Shown here in pieces: positions 34,233-39,511 of a stretch of 39,511 nt of DNA. The stretch's first letter is position 1; the number at the start of each line of letters is the position of its first letter. Source of the stretch: Perkinsus olseni (lineage: Eukaryota); assembly GCA_013115125.1 (NCBI GenBank), contig JABANN010000322.1, forward strand, positions 1 through 39,511, given 5' to 3'. Below the pieces are notes generated by a model. The model was given only the letters and a program-made list of their open reading frames with translations, made no database searches and was not told the DNA's origin. A program made the translations under genes and the position numbers.

Positions 34233-36347
34233 TCAGAGAACTTCATGTACAGCTTCAGAATGCACATCACCGTCCTCCTGCTGAGACCGATCATCGAGAG
34301 CACGGAGGTCTCTCAGAGCACTCGCGATCATATCGTAGTCGGCCCAGATATCCCACGACCGCCAGCCCGACACATCCTGAGACACGATAGACTCCCCTGG
34401 AGCAGAGCGGCGAGCATCGCTGACCTGCAGGCTGAGAACATTCCTCAGACGCGTTCGCATACGGAGACAAATATGGTGGACCCCGACCAGGCGTGCCATA
34501 CCGCCGTAGATGGAGAATCTAAGGTTGAACACAGGAAGTGACAAAAGATACTCGAACCCATGAAAATGTGATGTCCGCTGGGTTCTGATACCACCCTCAC
34601 TATTCCTTCGCTAATTTCTCACGAATAAGCCGTACTCCCACCCAGCCTACCTATCCTTGTTCCATTTGCCGCTGCAGGTGAGGATGGCTGTTGGCACTTC
34701 TGCTGCCACCAACTCAATAACAGCGGCTGGAGGGGCAGCAAACATCATCCACGACAAAGCTGCTCCATGGGCTCCGATGATCACATTCACTGACCTACTA
34801 AAGGGGCCACTAGCATGCTGCCATATCAGTCATTCTTCTGCTCGTTCGGCAATTGTTGGTATGAACCCATTTATTAACAGTACCAGCGACCTCTTTCCAA
34901 TAAAGCCAATCAAAACCCAGAACCCACACCCGGCAGAATTCTAGGACCCCGACCTACCCAGCTATTTTGGCCTGCTCCAGCAAAGGCTTTTCGCGTGAAA
35001 AGCTCATCACTTCGGCGCCCAGTTGTTTCGCAACTTCATCCGCGTTGCGTATGATTCGGCCGTCACCTTCCCTTCTCTGTATAATAAGCATCCGAAGCCC
35101 CTTCCGACCACCGATGGAAGACGACGGGAAGCCTGGGCCGAGCAAGGCTTCGCGCAGCTTCCTAGCGACCCTAAAAGACGAGCTAGCTTCGACAGCGAGC
35201 TCAGCGGAGACACTCGCAAGGCCTCGCGGACGGGGAGCATACAACCCCCAGAAGAGGCTTCCCTTGGCCGTAAGCGCTCCAGCGGAGGGAATAGCGGGGC
35301 CGTTGGTCACCTGATGGTGGTATTGCTGTCGATGATGCGACTCAGTCTATCAGCCCTGACGTCATCGGCACCCCATTTCATGGTGGAGTAACAAGCGTCG
35401 GCGGCTCGGTCTGTGAATAGCAATGGGGGGAGGTCCGAGATGGTACTGAGTATCGGTCCATATACACCATACCACTCCTTGAGCAGATCACGATGAGGAT
35501 GCCCAACACTGGTAGTGAATCGGGGGGTTAGCGTGGTCATATCGTTCTCGATCAGCTTCACATACAGCAGGACTACTCTGATCTCAGAGGGCTGGAGACT
35601 TCCCAACCGACCGAAGCTCCTCAACAGCCAGTGGAAGTTGTGCCAGAGGTTGTCATAGAAGCCGCTCATCGGAATGACCAGCGCAGTTCGGAGACTCCAC
35701 CGCAGAGTCGCCGCATCTTGGTCTCGCGGGTAAACAGGGACAGCAACTCTAGCGTTCTCAGTAGCGGCACTGAGCTCCACAGGAAGGCCTCCGATGGGGT
35801 CTTGAACGAAGACAGCTTCATTATGGATGCAGGCTTTGGGGAGATCGATCTTGGTAGGGGTTGTCCTGCCGCCCAGAGACAACAGCTCAGCATCGGCAGC
35901 AGGGTACGGTAACCAGACGAGTGACGAGACGTTGGCGGCATCCCTGTGAGCATCAGCGATGACCCTGCCAGTGTGGTCTCGAACTTGCACTGGAGAAGGG
36001 AGCACACCCCAGGCCTTTGCCACCCGGGCGAAGTTGTAGAGAACAGTGTTGACGGAATTGAACGCCCAAACATCATCGTCAAGGCATTCGCTGGCGAGGG
36101 TCGTCAGCTGGGCCATCGTCTCTGCTATGTTCAGTATCGCACCTGTAGACGAGCGTCCAGAGGGAACTGCAGCGGGGGGAGGGGTCCGACCTAGGTGCCC
36201 AGTATTTAGCCAGTACAGCCAGCAGGTGAGGAAGTCCAGCAACGCGCCGGGGACACACTCTGACTTGACACTCTGTAACCAGAACAGGGGCTCCGAACCT
36301 GAACCCAGCAGCGAGGACAGGGTCGAGGATTCGATTGGTGATGACAA
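34233..36347 (-). CDS. Glycosyltransferase family 61-like (DUF563) protein, multi-exon; start uncertain
   Basis: FYDNLWHNFHWLL; MLIIQRREGDGRIIRNADEV...KPLLEQAKIA; VNVIIGAHGAALSWMMFAAPPAAVIEL (~34710-34790); IYGGMARLVGVHH; DIWADYDMI. Confidence 0.85.
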
Positions 36348-36438
36348 GCCGTGGTAGCAAGATGCAACTCAATCAGCACCATCAGCCAGCGGATTCCTAG
36401 TAACAGTGGTGCCTAGCAGCGTGGGTGCTCGGTCGACT

Positions 36439-37475
36439 CTATGTGTATGCATCAGAGGGTCGCCGTGAGTCGACAGGGTTCTCACTCTCACGCTGCCACC
36501 GTACACAATGCGTCTGGTCGGACATGGTGTTGAGGAGGCCGTCCAGGGACAGCCTTCCGGACTCTACTTCCGAGAGCAGCGTGTCGAGGGTCCTATGAAG
36601 CCGTGGCAGCAGTGAGCATTCAATCGAACTTAGAGGGCGCCCCACCCTTGCATAGTGAGGGTGTAGTCGTACCCCTCGACGCATTGGCAATAGTTGGTGG
36701 TATCGAAGGTTTGGCTCCAAAGGTGCCGATAGAGGCGGAGTATCTTTATTTCCAAGCTATGCAAGGGCCAACCTTGGTACACCTGGCGCGGATGATTCCA
36801 TCAGAGTCACCCGCGACCTTGGCGGATCTCACCGCGTCCAGAGCCGCAGTCGCATTATCATAATCGTCGTAGTAGATGTCGAACAACCAATACTTGTAGA
36901 AGTAGTATCTTCACCATCGGTCTATCAAACGCTAGTGTGTGGCGAGCCTACGTCTCCCAGATGTCGAAGACAAAGGCTGCATTGTCTCGCTTGGCCTCCC
37001 TTTCACTGTACTTAAGGACGTTCTGTAGTATGTGCTCAGTCTTGATAAGACACGACGCCATCACTCCCTGAGGCGACATGCAGGCTCCCCCGACGGTTGA
37101 CATGCGTGCACCTGGGGGCAGTCCTCGCCGTAGGTAGTATGGTCTACGTAGAAGGTGCCAAAGGCCTCGCGAAGGTGGCCGGGCAGGGGCTCCGTCACAC
37201 TGTGCTCAGTCTCTTTCAACGCAACGTCCAGCATAGCCTAGAAGGCCACAGCAGAGGTCACTGGGAGAGAGGACCGGTGCTGGGCTCACTCGTGCTCGCC
37301 TGACTTCAACGCCACTGCACGTCGCAAGCCCGGGGTCGAAGCCCTCTATGGTGGTCTTGGATATCGATATGGCTAGGGGGAGGTTGCTGTTGTAAAGCAC
37401 GTCGTAATCATCATCAGTAGCGCTGGCTAGGGTGATGGTCGTCAGAAGGCCGCCTCGTAAGCACCACCATAACAT
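36439..37475 (-). CDS. Hypothetical secreted protein, multi-exon; 3' end uncertain
   Basis: Signal-like MLWWCLRGGLLTTITLASA. Successive GT-AG-bounded exons: EPLPGHLREAFGTFYVDHTTYGEDCPQ / GVMASCLIKTEHILQNVLKY... / YWLFDIYYDD... / ILRLYRHLWSQTFDTTNYCQC... / LHRTLDTLL.... Confidence 0.6.
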
Positions 37476-37494
37476 GCGAAGCACTACGTCACAA

Positions 37495-39222
37495 CTACCC
37501 CAACGCCGGCCACGAGGCGTCCCCGGTTTGACGAACACAGGTCGGTAGTTTGGAAGCAGGCAATGGTTGCATGTTCACCCTACCGTTCATGACGAGTATG
37601 CTGCTCTGCTCGTCCCTCATCGATGTGAGGAGCGGCGGCAGGGCCTGGAGGTGAATGAGCGGGCCGTGCCAGAATAGCAGCAGCAGCACCTACTGTTGGC
37701 GACAGTCCTTGGACTGCACCACTGCATGGCACTGCTGGCCGTACACCCCTGAGAACGCGGCGTAATCCTGCAGAGTGTCCGAGAGGGTCTCACTCCCAAG
37801 CAGGCTCCCGGTTAGCTGCCTAGGGCATCCTCGGTCAGGCTCAGGGCAGGGCGGGTATAACGTCGTGGCGCTCCCTTCATGATCAACCTCGTCGTCAGAG
37901 TATTGTGATACCAAGGACCGCTCTGACACGGACACCTCGATCGTGGTGATGTGCTGGCAATACCATCTGCGAAGCCTTCCCCGTTAGCCTTCACTGAGTC
38001 TATCATCCGCGAGGAGGTCACATCGACTCTGACGTTGTGGGGATGATAATATTTCCATCTGCGTTCTCACACTAGACAAGAACGACACAGCGAAGTCCAC
38101 CTATCCCGCTCCTCGTTCCGCTCCCCTCGACGGCTATGGCCCCGACCCGTGAACTGCCGTGTCAGTGTCGAGGTGCATTCGCTGTCGTAGTCTGGTTGGG
38201 GTGACGCCCCTGTCACCGCCGTCGTTGTGAAGGTACTGGCCACAGCGAGTCCGAGCTACCTCGGGTTGTGTGGCTATCAAGACTCTTCGTCGGGAGTTCT
38301 GGCCGGCTCAATGCGCTGCCTTTTTGTGATTGACATGCTTCAAGGTAAGATATGCTCTCCACGAGGTCTTCAAGATACGCCTGAAGTGACCTTGGTAGCC
38401 GCCACCCGTCCGTGACCGGAATAGCAACGACCGCCCCGAGAAAAAGAAGCCAACAACAAAAGGTGTATCCTCGAAGCCCTTCGGCGAGGGACGAGTCAGA
38501 ATCATCACCGAAGGGACACAGTTTACGCGTTACAACGACACTCCGGGCCTCGTACCGAAGCTCCGTTATCGTCATAGGCTGTGTACGCCTTCAAGTCCTT
38601 CAGGAACCTCACAGCATTATCTCGGTGGAATGTGATTTCGTCATCGAGAGTTGGCGAAGGTGTGGTATCATCAAACTCGCCATCCGCTGAGGTCCTACTG
38701 AAATCCTCATCAGTTGAGCGACAGCTCATCAATCAACTAAAGCTCATGATTAGGATGCCCCGGCCAAGAATTTCGTGGCGCAGTGACGGTCACTTGAACT
38801 AAACTAGAGCCCATTCAGACCGCTGGAAGACTGTGCCATGCTAGCTTCACCGGTAACATCTTCAGGGCTCGTACAAGGATAAAAGCAGGGATAGTAACAG
38901 GTCGCAGAATCGTGATGATCATCATCAGTTCTTCAATTCTCGCGGTTCATCATTAAGAAAGTTCAAATCTCGAGGTGACGCATCGCACGTGAGCATTGAG
39001 GCGAGATTCTGATCGCCGCCTCTCAACCCCTCCTCTGTCGTGCTGCTGGATCCAATGCGTCGTCCCGAAGGACGCTAGACCATAACCAAATGCCCGATCG
39101 GTTCTCCGCGAAACGTTGACCTGTTGTTCCGGCAGAAACCACGGAGAAATCTCCGAGCACCTTTCCCATGCTCCTTGACTAACTAGATCTGGTCCAGAGC
39201 TCTCTCCGTAACTGCCCGCCAT
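37495..39222 (-). CDS. Hypothetical spliced gene(s), function unknown
   Basis: Chain of minus-strand ORF pieces (38953-39222, 38523-38732, 38213-38575, 37812-38021, 37690-37935, 37495-37689) with plausible short introns; no recognisable domain. Confidence 0.35.
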
Positions 39223-39440
39223 TCATGAGGACCTCGTGAGCTGTCCGATGATCGTCTTGGGATGTTTCGGGCTACAGACGGCGACAACTAGTTCTCAGGC
39301 AGCTACTCTGATAGCAAACGAGCGTTGCCGACGACAAAGGCTGGTCTCAATGGTGAAGAGGGAGCCCTGGGTGCAACCGTGCTATGATAATGACGGGACT
39401 GGAGCCAACCCAGGAGGGGCATGAGCGGAAAAAGACAACG

Positions 39441-39510
<70 letters not shown>

Positions 39511-39511
39511 C
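39441..39511 (+). repeat. (AAC)n microsatellite running to the window end
   Basis: More than 20 perfect AAC units. Confidence 0.97.

Noticed and set aside
34582..34595. Minus-strand TGGTATCAGAAC resembling a tRNA-iMet primer-binding site
   Set aside because: It lies inside a predicted GT61 intron with no LTR or gag next to it; likely chance.

Overview
Gene-dense eukaryotic DNA with many short (about 45-65 nt) GT-AG introns and relaxed donor sites (GTAGG, GTGAG, GTACT, GTGGG). The style and gene content suggest an alveolate protist, most likely Perkinsus; this is inferred, not verified. The first 5.8 kb is an accessory region. It holds a non-LTR reverse-transcriptase fragment, two full copies and one cryptic truncated copy of a small secreted-protein gene, and a decayed gag-like retroelement preceded by a hairpin-dense ~350-nt leader. 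A housekeeping block follows: longin R-SNARE (VAMP7-like), an LSD1-type zinc finger plus RING E3 ligase, an amino-acid transporter, mago nashi, and a CAMK-group kinase with a long helical tail. Next is a ~5.4-kb inverted duplication. Its ~1.37-kb arms each encode a 7-exon secreted Cys-rich protein that the ORF track misses, and their 3' halves are nearly identical. The rest is a long run of minus-strand genes: leader-bearing thioredoxin, TRAPPC5, an MFS transporter, CEP131, a GT61-like glycosyltransferase and hypothetical genes. The window ends in an (AAC)n tract. Exon boundaries were derived by eye and are approximate unless listed.
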